Assembly: GCA_951406725.2 (NCBI GenBank)
Contig: OX597839.1
Location: forward strand, 5,332,001-5,396,000
From: Octopus vulgaris
Lineage: Eukaryota
Direction: 5' to 3'
DNA: 64,000 nucleotides
This document shows, in pieces, positions 14,089-28,251 of the stretch. The first letter of the stretch is position 1. Each line of letters begins with the position of its first letter. The notes under the pieces are model-generated. The model had not been told where the DNA came from. It ran no database searches and saw only the letters and a program-made list of their open reading frames with translations. A program made the translations under genes and the position numbers.

Positions 14089-14648
14089 ATGTGTGTGAGT
14101 GAGTTACGGTACTAGTATATGTATGTTAATGTGTGTATGTATCTGGAAGTATATTTCGGTATGGGTATATTTACATGTACGTATAAGTGTGCGTGTGTCT
14201 GTGTGTTTGTGTGTGTTTGTGTGTGTGTTCGTGTGTGTGTGTGTGTGTTTGTGTGTATGTGTGTGTTTGTGTGTCAGTTACGGAACTAGTATATGTATGT
14301 TAATGTGTGTATGTGCTTGGAAGTATATTTCGGTATGAGTATATTTGCATGTACGCATAAGTGTACGTGTGTCTGTGTGTTTGTGTGTGTGTGTGTGTGT
14401 GTGTATGGTACTAGTATATGTATGTTAATGTGTGTATGTATTTGGAAGTATGTTTCGGTATGAGTATATTTGCATGTACGCATAAGTGTGCGTGTGTGTT
14501 TGTGTGTGTTTGTGTGTGTGTATGTGTGTGTATGAGAGTTACGGTACTAGTATATGTATGTTAATGTGTGTATGTATTTGGAAGTATGTTTCGGTATGAG
14601 TATATTTACATGTACGTATAAGTGTGCATGTGTGTGTGTGTGTTTGTT

Positions 14649-14691
<43 letters not shown>

Positions 14692-14900
14692 GTTACGGTA
14701 CTAGTATATGTATGTTAATGTGTGTATGTGTTTGGAAGTATGTTTCGGTATGAGTATATTTGCATGAACGCATAAGTGTGCGTGTGTCTGTGTGTGTGTT
14801 TGTGTGTGTGTGTATGAGAGAGTTACGGTACTAGTATATGTATGTTAATGTGTGTATGTGTTTAGAAGTATTTTTCAGTATGAGTGTATGTTTGCATGTA
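13360..14900. repeat. Minisatellite: conserved ~90-bp core plus variable (TG)n, about 12 copies
   Basis: Recurrent ttggaagtatgtttcggtatgagtatatttacatgtacg. Confidence 0.9.
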
Positions 14901-15320
14901 CGAATGAAATTGTGTGTGCATGCGTGCGTATGTATGTGTATGTGTGTGTGTGTTAATGCCTGTATGTGTTTCGGTATTAGTGTGTGTGTGTATGGGGTGC
15001 GTCTACATGTTAACATGCATTTACATGTGTGTCCCAGTACAAATATGTGTGAGTGTATGGGTTCATGGGTGTGTATGCGTGTGTTAACATGTGTATGTAT
15101 GTGAAAGAGAGAGAGAGAGAGAGAGAAAGAAAGGAAGAAAGAGGTGAGCGAAAGAAAGGGAGAGAAGAAAGAAAGAGAGCAGGTAGAGAAGGAAGTTGCA
15201 GGTGTATGCGTGTAAATGTATGTCTAGATCTATTCATGCATTCGCATGAGTGAGTATGTATGTGTATCTGTATGTGAGTAAATGTGCGGGTATATCTGTC
15301 TTAGTATGTGTGTATGTTAA

Positions 15321-16333
15321 GGCGGCGAGCTGGCAGAATCGTTAGCACATCGGGCGAAATCCTTACAGTATTTCGTCTGCCATTACGTTCTGAGTTCAAA
15401 TTCCACCGAGGTCGACTTTGCCTTTCATCCATATGGGGTCGATAAATTAAGTACCAGTTACGCTCTGGGTTCGATGTAATCGACTTAATACCTATGCCTG
15501 TCCTTGTTTGTCCTCTCTGTGTTTAGCCCCTTGTGGGTAATAAAGAAATAGGTATTTCGTCTGCCGTTACGTTCTGAGTTCAAATTCCGCCGAGGTCGAC
15601 TTTGCCTTTCATCCATATGGGGTCGATAAATTAAGTACCAGTCACGCACTGGGGTCGATGTAATCGACTTAATACCTATGCCTGTCCTTGTTTGTCCCCT
15701 CTATGTTTAGCCCCTTGTGGATAATAAAGAAATAGGTATTTCGTCTGCCGTTACGTTCTGAGTTCAAATTCCACCGAGGTCGACTTTGCCTTTCATCCAT
15801 ATGGGGTCGATAAATTAAGTACCAGTCACGCACTGGGGTCGATGTAATCGACTTAATACCTATGCCTGTCCTTGTTTGTCCCCTCTATGTTTAGCCCCTT
15901 GTGGATAATAAAGAAATAGGTATTTCGTCTGCCGTTACGTTCTGAGTTCAAATTCCGCGATGTCGATTTTGTCTTTCATCCTTTTGGGGTCGATTAAATA
16001 AGTACCAGTTACGCACTGGGGTCGATTAAATAAGTACCAGTTACGCACTGGGGTCGATGTAATCGACTTAATCCGTTTGTCTGTCCTTGTTTGTCCCCTT
16101 TGTGTCTAGCCCCTTGTAGGCAATAAAGAAATAAGAAACGTTAGCACGCTGGGCAAAATAATTAGCGATATTTCGTCTGTTTTTTACGTTCTGAGTTCAA
16201 ATTCCACCGAGGTTAACTTCGCCTTTCATCTTTTCGGTATCAATAAAGTAAGTACCAGGTACGTACTGGGGTCGATGTAATCGACTGGCCCCTCCCCCAA
16301 AATTTCGGGCCATGTGCCTAGAGTAGGAAAGAA
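15321..16333 (+). mobile_element. SINE family B with an internal 184-bp tandem array
   Basis: Head ggcggcgagctggcagaatcgttag; units start at 15367, 15551, 15735 and 15919, then a partial fifth unit. Confidence 0.9.
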
Positions 16334-16494
16334 TGTATGTATGTTTGGATGGGTGCATGCGAGTATGTGAATGAAAGAGAGGAGAGAGAGAGAGAGACAG
16401 AGAGACAGAGGGAAAGAGAGAGAGAGGGAAAAAGAGAGAGAGAGAGACAGACAGACAGTCAGAGAATGAATGTATGTTGTGGATCCATTCATAC

Positions 16495-16542
<48 letters not shown>

Positions 16543-16869
16543 AAGACAGACAGACAAGTAGAGCTTGACACAGAGAGAAGGGAAACAGACAGACTGACAG
16601 ACAGATCCAGAAGGAGAAAGACAGAGAGAGCGAGAGAGACAGACAGACAGACAGACAGAAGAGCTACAGAGAGAGGGAGAGAGAGAAAGCGAGAGAAAGA
16701 GAAAGTGAGAAAGACAGAGAGAAAGGGAGAAAGGCAGAAAGAGACAGACATACAGAAAATATTTGTGTGTGCAGATATGTGCCTAAGTCGATTTATGCAA
16801 GTTTGGGAGTATGAGAGAGAGGGTGGGTGGGAGAGAGAGAGAAAGGAAGAGAAACAGAGAGATGGATAT

Positions 16870-17327
<458 letters not shown>

Positions 17328-17837
17328 CTGTGTTTCTGTCTATGACAGTAGATATGTATATGTGTATCCATTCATTCGTGTGCGTTGGAGAAAGAAGGAG
17401 AGATAGAAAAATGTGTATGAACTTGCAAGCGTACGTTTGTGTGTATGAGTGTATGAGTGTATGGGTGTATGCGTGGGTGTAATTCTGTTGTTATAACTAC
17501 ATGCATATATGTTTGCATGTGTATATGTTTGCATATATCCGTGTGCATAACCGAATGGTGTGTATGTGTATGTGTGAGAGAAACAGAGTTGGAGAGAGAG
17601 AGTTTATGTGTCTATGAATATACCTGTGTGTGTTAGGGTACAATTATGCCGGTGTGTGTTTTGTGTGTTTGCGTGAATGTATGTAGACATGTGTTTACGA
17701 ATATATATTATGTTGGTTGGTGGGGTTTTGTGATGTGTGTGTGAGCATTTGTATGTTTGTGCGTGCGCCAGTATACGTGGGTAGCTTTCAGTGTGCACTC
17801 TACCTGCGTGTAATTCGCCAAGCCTGTGTCTATGTGA

Positions 17838-17897
<60 letters not shown>

Positions 17898-17986
17898 TTA
17901 GATAGATAGATACATAGCTCGATATACAAATAAATACACAAACACATATATGCATAAGTACAAATAAATATATATAAATATATATG

Positions 17987-18073
<87 letters not shown>

Positions 18074-18159
18074 CTAATTATACGTATTTGTCTAAATTTT
18101 CTATTATATATGTATATCGTCCCGCATGGCTACAGCCTTTAGGCTGAACGCATAAAGGC

Positions 18160-18243
<84 letters not shown>

Positions 18244-18246
18244 CAT

Positions 18247-18324
<78 letters not shown>

Positions 18325-18392
18325 TCATATATACATACAATCAAACATTCATACACATAACAACACTATTATATATCTGTGTAGTTAAGTAA

Positions 18393-18473
<81 letters not shown>

Positions 18474-19128
18474 TGTATGTATGTATGTATATACAGCATG
18501 TAGCATGCCTCTGCATGGTGGTGCCTGTGCATGTTGGCTTCGCAGTCAGCCAGTGTATCGTTGGATCATTTGTTGCTGTTGTGAATGAAAAACTATATCC
18601 TTCAGAATCGTTAACGTCATAGCTGTTGTATAACCATCGGTCAACTCTCAAGACGGGTTAGGGTTATCATTGAGGTATTCACTCCAGCCGTGACCATCAC
18701 GTCTTTTTCGCGTATCTAGTACTACTACACAATCTATTATATACCATTCCTTCTAAGACGGCAGTGTGTGTCACTTGAGGGCGATTTGGCTACTACTTCT
18801 CACAGGTCTAAAGACGAAGCAGAAGCCATCTTATGAGGCCAGTTATGTCTGTCGTTGTGGGTCTTTAGTAGTAGTAGTAGTTGTAGTATTAGTTGTAGTA
18901 GTATTAGTAGTAGTAGTTTTCGGTTGTAGTATTTCGATTCCGTCATGCTATTGAATATCACGTGATCATCTATGACTAAACATTTGACCTAATTCACTTT
19001 GCCTCTAACCTCTCCGTCTTTCGCTCTCGCTTCTCGTTTCTCACTCATGCTCTCCATCTCTCTTTCACTATATTTGCGACTGTATGCATACACACGTACA
19101 TATACATTTATATGTACATCTATATCTA

Positions 19129-19198
<70 letters not shown>

Positions 19199-19204
19199 AC
19201 TATA

Positions 19205-19327
<123 letters not shown>

Positions 19328-19473
19328 GGATAAATAGATAGATGGATATATATATATATATTTGTGGTGTTCTATACTCACGTATATATATTTATATATG
19401 CATATATATATACATGTAGATGTAGGTACGTACATATATGTATGTATGTATGCATATATTTTATTTATTACAC

Positions 19474-19519
<46 letters not shown>

Positions 19520-19550
19520 CATAGATAGATGGATGGATAAATAGATATAT

Positions 19551-19620
<70 letters not shown>

Positions 19621-19669
19621 TGATTGATAGATAGATAGATATAGATATACATATAGATGTACATATAAA

Positions 19670-19715
<46 letters not shown>

Positions 19716-20401
19716 CATATATGTATAAAATGCTTCTTGACTTCACTTGTTGAATCTTCGATCGCCCCGTCATCTTTGCTTTACACACTTGCTAATTTTC
19801 TCTCTAACTCCCTAGGTCTCTCTTTTCTGCCTTTCACTTCTTCTCACTCTCTCTCTCTTCCCCCTCTCTCTTTCTACTATACACGTACAACTCCACCTCT
19901 CTCTCTCTCATTTTTTAAAGCATTGCTCAATCACTGTCTCTCCTTTAGTCAATCGTTGCTCACACCTCACACCACACACACATATATTACAGACATATAT
20001 AAACACATACAGACACACATATATTCCAATATCTTCAATATCAGACATGCTCAAATATAACAGTACTCAATGCATTACATTCAAGCACACATATTTGCAC
20101 TATTCACCTCTAGTCTCATTCACTATCACTCTCGCTTCCCTGCTCTCCCTCTCTCCATCTCTATCTCTGTAGTTCCGACTCACCTCATTCTGTTTTCTTA
20201 TTCCCTCTCTAAACGTCTCCTTGTCTCTAGTAATTTCTATCTCCTATTCATATCTTATATCTATTATATTTCCATTCATATTTTTACTCAACTAAGTTCT
20301 TCTTTTATCTAAGTTTTTCCTACAACTCACCATCTATCTATATATATATTTGTATAAATATATACATACATATATACATATGTGTATATATATATATATA
20401 A

Positions 20402-20433
<32 letters not shown>

Positions 20434-20718
20434 ATGTATATATATGAATATATATGTATATATATGTATATATGTATATGCATATATATGTGTATATGCA
20501 TATATATATATGTATATATATATATGTATATATATATATGTGTGAGTATATATAAATGTGTGTGTGTATATATGTATATATACAAATATGTATATATATA
20601 TATATGTATATATGTATATATGTATGTATATGTATATATGTATATATATTTATATATATATGTACATATGTATATATATATTTATGTATATATATGCACA
20701 TATGTATATATGTGTGTG

Positions 20719-20751
<33 letters not shown>

Positions 20752-20953
20752 GTGCATACATATATGTATGTACATGCATATACATATATGTATATACATA
20801 CATATATATATATATAATATCGTAATATGTACATACTCAAAGACACACAGACAAACACACAGGAATGCATACAGGCAGATGCCCGAATATCCGCATACTC
20901 ATTTGCACGGATACTTAGGCATAGGCACATACACATGCATATAAATATATCTA

Positions 20954-21017
<64 letters not shown>

Positions 21018-21387
21018 GTCTATCTATCTGTCTGTCTATGTGTCTGTCTGTCTGTCACTTGCTCTCTATCTACACACACATACACGCATATAGAAACATA
21101 TGTATATATATATACAAACATATGCGTATACATTTATGTGAAAGTACGTGTTTCTGTGTTTGTGTGCGTGCGTGTGTGTGTGTGCATGTATGTATGAATA
21201 TAAATAAATGTAAAGTCCCATATAGATAAGTTCAGAGCAAAGAGTGCAAGTGATCACCCTATGTAATGAACCGAATAAAAAAACTGGACTAAATTACTCA
21301 GGGATTACAATGAGTCAGCGTTGTATGTGTGTATATGGATAAATATATATATATATATATACGTATTTCTCCTTTTCTCTCCCTCTC

Positions 21388-21457
<70 letters not shown>

Positions 21458-21628
21458 TATACATATGTATATAATATACGATATATATATAATATATATA
21501 ACATATGATATATATATATATATATATAGATACATATACATATAAAAAAATATATATTTATATGACATCTATATGTGCAGATATATTATATATATATTTA
21601 AATGCATATATATACATATGTACGTATG

Positions 21629-21683
<55 letters not shown>

Positions 21684-21709
21684 ATATATATATATATATA
21701 GAGAGAGAG

Positions 21710-21751
<42 letters not shown>

Positions 21752-21796
21752 TTACTTACATATATACATAGATATATATAAATATACGTATAAGTG

Positions 21797-21845
<49 letters not shown>

Positions 21846-21851
21846 ATACAC

Positions 21852-21908
<57 letters not shown>

Positions 21909-22397
21909 GATATATATATGCATATATATATGCACATATATATATATATATATAGACAGATAGTTATTGATATCGTTTGTGTGCACATACAAAGAAAAAT
22001 TACAAGAAGACGAAAAGAAAAAGCAGAAAGGAAGGAGACGACCACGACGATGCTGATGGCGATGGTAAAGGTGATAATGATGCTGGCAATGATGATGATG
22101 TAAAAGGAGGTGGCAGATGAGTTAGAAAGCCATATGAGGAGATGGAGAGAAAGGAGACTCAATGTAACTCAGCAGAAAGATGTTCGAAGTTTTAAAGTGT
22201 GCAAGACTGATACATATCTATATTTAGCTAATTCGCAGTATGTATGTGTGTCTGTGTGTCTGTGTTTAAGTAGGCACGTAAGTCTTACGTAACTGCGTGT
22301 AAGGAAAACATATATGTGTATGTATGCGATTGTGTGTGTGAATGTGTTTATCTCTCTCTCTCTCTTTCTCAATCTGTGTACACACGCACTGATTCAT

Positions 22398-22431
<34 letters not shown>

Positions 22432-22535
22432 GTATATATATTAACCTCTCTGTCTATATATCTACCCTCATGGTAATGTTGGCAAATGAAATAAGTATAA
22501 AAATTTACATTGTTCATTTAATTAAAAAATTCTAT

Positions 22536-22626
22536 ATGTGACTGAAGATTGCTCGACACTTTAAAACTGATGTAATACTTACAGTGTTTAATAAAATGAA
22601 GTAGCATGAAACGATTGTACTACACT
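22536..22626 (+). ncRNA. Degenerate type I hammerhead motif (H2)
   Basis: CTGAAGA-TTGCT…AGCAT-GAAA-CGATTG-TA-ctacac; stem I damaged. Confidence 0.55.
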
Positions 22627-22654
22627 ACCTTGGATTTCCTTCTTCTTATTTGAG

Positions 22655-22746
<92 letters not shown>

Positions 22747-22801
22747 TATATACATATATATATATACATACATACATATATACATATATATACATATATA
22801 C

Positions 22802-22869
<68 letters not shown>

Positions 22870-22871
22870 AT

Positions 22872-23115
22872 GGTGAATAAAATCAAATAAGCAACAGGAT
22901 GTCCAGAGGTGATGCAGTACGACCGTTTCAAGCGGCTCCATTTGATTGAACAATGCAATCATTACATCAATTTAAATGCAGGGCTATCTTCAGCTGCGGA
23001 TAGCCGTGCATTTAAATGATGTAATTATTGCATCAATCATTTAAATGGAGTCGCTTGAAACGGTTTTACTGCATCACCGCTAGATATCCTGTTGCTTATT
23101 TTGACTTTATTCACC
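22872..23115. mobile_element. Family H2 element forming a ~244-bp near-perfect palindrome centred on CAGCTG (22991-22996)
   Basis: ggtgaataaaatcaaataagcaacagga… / …tcctgttgcttattttgactttattcacc; adjacent to (TA)n. Confidence 0.8.
22914..22997 (-). ncRNA. Type I hammerhead ribozyme motif (H2) with long stem II
   Basis: Reverse complement gcag-CTGAAGA-TAGC…GCTT-GAAA-CGGTCG-TA-ctgc. Confidence 0.75.
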
Positions 23116-23379
23116 TTTTTTGAAGTTGTACGGATAATACCGCACTAACTCTTGGTGCTTCAACTTAAGTACCTAATTCATCTGAATCTGAATTATTTTC
23201 CTTATATATTTTTAGGTATATATATCGATAAACTGAGCGTTTTCTCGCGTTCACGTGGTAGAAGGCTCAATATTACTGTCCTAGTATAGAGACTGACGTG
23301 TTGTCCACAAGGTTGTGGCTTTCGCAGCACTTTTGGTAAGTCTATGACCAGAATTTAACTTTTTGTTTCATAATTACTG

Positions 23380-23430
<51 letters not shown>

Positions 23431-23439
23431 GCCATGATA

Positions 23440-23611
23440 GATCGCTAGCCACTACACACATTTTTTCTCTCCTTGTTTCTCTCCTTGTATGTTTCTGTAT
23501 TCATTTCTGTGGAAGCGCGTAGGCTCGAAATGTTAAAGACTTTTTCAATTCCCGAGCGTTATACTAATACATCTCTTTGTTTTCTACACCACCTGTCTTT
23601 GTCTGAACTCT

Positions 23612-23614
<3 letters not shown>
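23440..23614 (+). mobile_element. Family H4 element in (TA)n with a degenerate hammerhead-like motif (23504-23538)
   Basis: Homologous to 43860-44035 (reverse complement); ctgtggaa-gcgc-gtag-gctc-gaaa-tg-tt-aaag. Confidence 0.6.
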
Positions 23615-23680
<66 letters not shown>

Positions 23681-23731
23681 TACATATATACATATGTAAT
23701 ATGTATATATATATATGGTATATATATATAT

Positions 23732-23786
<55 letters not shown>

Positions 23787-23834
23787 ATATGGCAAATGAA
23801 AGATGGAAGATGGTAGACACGAAAATTTTTATCA

Positions 23835-23938
23835 ATCACGACAATTGTTTCGATACGTAGTATCAATCCCTGACGAGTGATATACTTAGCAATTGGTTCA
23901 GAAGCATCGGACGGTAGACATGTGTCTCTTCAGGAGAT
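23835..23938 (-). ncRNA. Type I hammerhead ribozyme motif (H3) with ~80-nt stem II domain
   Basis: Reverse complement atctc-CTGAAGA-GACAC…GTATC-GAAA-CAATTG-TC-gtgat; palindromic stem III; host element about 23790-24040. Confidence 0.7.
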
Positions 23939-24589
23939 AAATAGATATAACTCGTTAAAATTCCTGTTCCGCAGTAATATCTTCTCGTTTCGTGTAAAGA
24001 AAATCAGCAAAACAACGAATATATCTTCATTTATATAGATTAAACATATCTTTCTATCTCCTTTTGTGTGTTTATGTGTGAGTCTCTCTCTCACTCACTC
24101 TCTCTCACTATCTGTGAACGTTTTTGTGATTCTCTTTCTCTTTCTGTCTCTCTGTCTCTCCTTCTCTTTATTTCCCTCTTTATCTATCTCTCCCTCTCAT
24201 TCTTTCTCTCTTTGTCTATCTCCCCCTCTCTCTTTCACACTCTTTCTGTCCTTTTATACGTCTCACTATTAGTATCTCTCCGTCACTGTCTCTGTCTCTC
24301 CCTCTCACTCTTCCTCTTTCTCTGTATCTTCCTCACTCTCCCGCTCTCTCCCTTTCTTTCTCTCTCTCTCTGTATCTCACTGCCTTATTACTCTCTCCTC
24401 CCTCTCTCTCTATCTCACTGCCTTATTACTCTCCCCCCTCTCTCTCTCTGTATCTCACTGCCTTATTACTCTCTCCCCCTCTCTCTCTCTCTGTATCTCA
24501 CTGCCTTATGACTTTCTCCCTCTCTCTCTCTCTTTCTCTCTCTCTCTGTCACTGTGTCTCCGTCTTTCTGTTTCTCAGTTTATCTCTCT

Positions 24590-25097
24590 CTCACTCTCTC
24601 ATTTTGCACGTCTCACTCTTTGTATCTCCCTGTATCTCTCCCTCTCTCCTCCTCTCTCTTTTTCCCCTCTATTGTTTTGCCTTATTTCTCTCTCTTACTC
24701 TCTCATTTTGCACGTCTCACTCTTTGTATCTCCCTGTATCTCTCCCTCTCTCCTCCTCTCTCTTTTCCCCCTCTATTGTTTTGCCTTAATTCTCTCTCTT
24801 TCTCTCTCATTTTGCACGTCTCACTCTTTGTATCTCCCTGTATCTCTCCCTCTCTCGTCCTCTCTCTTTTTCCCCTATATTGTTTTGCCTTAATTCCCTC
24901 TCTCACTCTCTCATTTTGCACGTCTCACTCTTTGTATCTCCCTGTATCTCTCCCTCTCTCCTCCTCTCTCTTTTTCCCCTCTATTGTTTTGCCTTAATTC
25001 CCTCTCTCACTCTCTCATTTTGCACGTCTCACTCTTTGTATCTCCCTGTATCTCTCCCTCTCTCCTCCTCTCTCTTTTCCCCTCTATTGTTTTGCCT

Positions 25098-25100
<3 letters not shown>
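24590..25100. repeat. CT-rich minisatellite, ~104-bp unit x5
   Basis: Recurrent attttgcacgtctcactctttgtatctccctgtatc. Confidence 0.9.
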
Positions 25101-25134
<34 letters not shown>

Positions 25135-26329
25135 CTCTCGCTTACATTGTCTGTCTCTCAGTACTCGTGTTTCTCTTCCATTTTCTCTCTTCAACAAGTT
25201 GAAGAAATATGGTTTCTCTTGGATGGATGGACTGAGGGATGGGGTGTGGGGTGAACAGATGAATGCTTGGATGAATAAATACTTGCATGCATGACTAAAT
25301 ATAGGGTTGAATGACTAAATGCATAGTAGATGGATGGATGGATGGTTAAATGAATGAATAGATGGAGAACTGGATGGATAGATGGATGGATGGATGAATG
25401 GATGAATGGGTGGGTGGCTAAATCGTTTCATGCATGACTGAAAGAAGGATAGATGTATGAATGAATGGATAGATTGCTGGTTAAACGAAAGAATGAATGA
25501 ATGAATGAATGCATGCATGGATGGATGGATGGGTGAATGGATGGATGATGGATGGATGGATGGATGGATAGATGGACGGACGGACGGTTGGACGGACGGT
25601 TGGATGGATGGATGGAAGCATAGATAGATGGATGGATTCTTGAATAGGTGGAGGAATGGATCGATGGATGAATGGATCGGTGAATGGATCGGTGGAAGAA
25701 TAGATGGATGGATGGATGAACAAAAGGATGGATGGATGGATGAATGGATGGATTGATAGAAGCTAAATGAATGAATGGATATCTGAAAAGATCAGTGTAT
25801 GATAGGATGATTGGACGGTTTGATTGTTGCATGCATGATTGAATGCCCGGAGGAATGAATAGGTAACTTCATGACTGACTGGATGGATGGATAGATGATT
25901 AAATAAATGATTGAACAGATAAGTATATGGAAGGGCATAAGGGTAAATGATTGAATTAATAAACGGATGGGTAGATGAAATAATTACAAGACCGCTGTTG
26001 ATGCTGTTGGTGTTGCTGTGGTTTAGACCGAGGTTAAAATTTAACTGAAGAATCCTATAACAGAAAGCAGTCCTCTGAGACTGTCCTGTGACAGTCTTTT
26101 CATACCAAAGTGAACTGCTGTATTTTTTTTCAAGGCTTTTATGCAAAACGAAAATTCAAAATATTGTCCATTTTCACCACAAGTGAAAAGAATGATCCCT
26201 TACGAAAAGAAAAAGAAGAATACTTTATAAGAATTTTAAATTCGTTACTAAAGCAGAAATAGTCAACACTACAACTAATGTGTTGTTTCTAGTATCGTGA
26301 AGACTTATCGAGCTCAATTTGATTTTTTT

Positions 26330-26585
26330 CCAATTCAATTCAATTCAATTTTTATTGACTCAAAAAGCAAAAACAAGGCCATATAGGGGGACAGGAACTT
26401 ATGTACAGGGAGGGTGGTCATACAAAGAGTTCAGGCCATTTCTGGTCAAGAGAGACTTTGAACCGAGCGGTCGTCGGCATCTTCACTATCTCGTCCGGCA
26501 GCTTATTCCACGGATCCGCAACCCGGACGGAGAAAGTCCCTCTCTTCGATTGAGATGAAATCGTCGTAGATAGAGCTTTTCGGAT
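26330..26585 (-). mobile_element. CR1-clade LINE 3' end
   Basis: Reverse complement encodes FSVRVADPWNKLPDEIVKMPTTARFKVSLDQKWPELFV*, the typical CR1 ORF2 C-terminus, followed by AATAAA and an (ATTGA)n tail. Confidence 0.8.
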
Positions 26586-26919
26586 ATTTTGCAGAGGGGG
26601 AGTCAGAATTCATTCCTGGTTTTAATGTTGAGTAGGGAGCAATTGCTTTCGGATTGTTATTTATGACTGAGTATGGGAATATTTAGTGTATGAGATTTTT
26701 GTGTTGTGTTTTGTGCTATCGGGGACAATTGTCTCTATACAGTTTACCCACATAACATATGTGTCTGAAAAAATTAACAGGCAAAGCACTTACATATACA
26801 GAATATGAAAACTTCCCCACAAAAAGTTCGTGTTATTCAGTGCTAAGATTTTTTAAACATTTCTTTCAAGCGAGGCTGTCTTCAAAGGCGTTGTTGTATA
26901 CACACACACACATACACAC

Positions 26920-26967
<48 letters not shown>

Positions 26968-27520
26968 GGATAAAATCTACACCACCACCGCTCGACAACC
27001 GCTGTTGGCGTATTTACGTCCCCGTAATTTTGAGAAGTACCAGGCTTTAAAAGATAAGTCCTGTGGTTGATTTGTTCGACTGAAACCCTCCCGGGTAGTG
27101 CCCCAGCATGGCCGCAGTCAAAAATGACTGAAACAGATTTAAGATAAAATATCAATTCCACTGACGTAAGTAAGTTGATGTAGAAGATTTTCAAAACTCG
27201 ATTAGGATAAACGCTGGAGCATTGCCAGAGTACTCTCCCTTGATAATGTACTCTCCTTTTGAAGATAGTCAATAAACATTTTGGCATTCCAAACAACTGA
27301 GGCCATCTTTGTCCCTGCGAATGAAAAGGCATTCGCCTTATTTGGAGCAGCTGAAGAGGGGTGTTTCCAAAGAATGGATTTTGTCTTTGTTTCTGGCTCA
27401 AAGTGATGGCTTAGGAAATACTTAAAGGGTATTTCCTACTGGCTTAGGAAATACTCAAAGAAGCCAACTGGATATCCCAGAAATAATGTCAGATTTTCTC
27501 GCAGTATAACCAACCTAACC

Positions 27521-27752
27521 TATTTCTTTATTACTCACAAGGGGCTAAACATAGAGGGGACAAACAAGGACAGACATAGGTATTAAGTCGATTACATCGA
27601 CTCCAGTGCGTAACTGGTACTTAATTTATCGACCCCGAAAGGATGAAAGGTAAAGTCGACCTTGGCGGAATTTGAACTCAGAACGTAACGGCAGACGAAA
27701 TACCGGTAAGCATTTCACCTGGCGTGTTAACGTTTCTGCCAGCTTGCCGCCT
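27521..27752 (-). mobile_element. SINE family B, full length, inside the mariner relic
   Basis: Reverse-complement match to 15321-15550. Confidence 0.9.
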
Positions 27753-28251
27753 TGTTGCGCTTTTGATCAGGTTTCAGTAGATGTGGGAACCCATCGAGTA
27801 CAAACCTTCGTCATACCAAGTGCATTGAGCAATATTCTTAACTCTCTCACGGGATATGGGAATAGCTTTGACTATTTTATGTACAGTCAGTTGCATGTCA
27901 TCCATTACTAAGTGGAGAAAACGATCAACGTTTTCCTCGGGGATAGCAGTCGCAGGACGTCCACACTTTGGATCAACTTCAGAGGCCCACTTTGGACCGT
28001 TGATAAAGCTGGAACGTCATCCTGTAATGTAGTGAGCATGTGGGCATGAATGTCCTTGGGGGCTAACTCCTTTTTCTCCAGGTACATGATAACAAAACGA
28101 TGCCAAATTTTGTCGATTTTCAAGAGAAGCTGCCACTAGTTTATACTTCTTTGTACAGTCAGTTGTCATTTTACCTGGAACGCAACAACAAAGTTATCAA
28201 GAAGAAGGGCTGAAGTTGATACATGAACGATTTCACAACTCTAGAATCACT

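Noticed and set aside
13360-16333. CRISPR-like repeat arrays
   Set aside because: Eukaryotic context, no cas genes, and the spacers are microsatellite or identical SINE sequence
26853-27401. 182-aa ORF as a host gene
   Set aside because: Chimeric read-through of an off-frame mariner relic, a SINE tail and microsatellite
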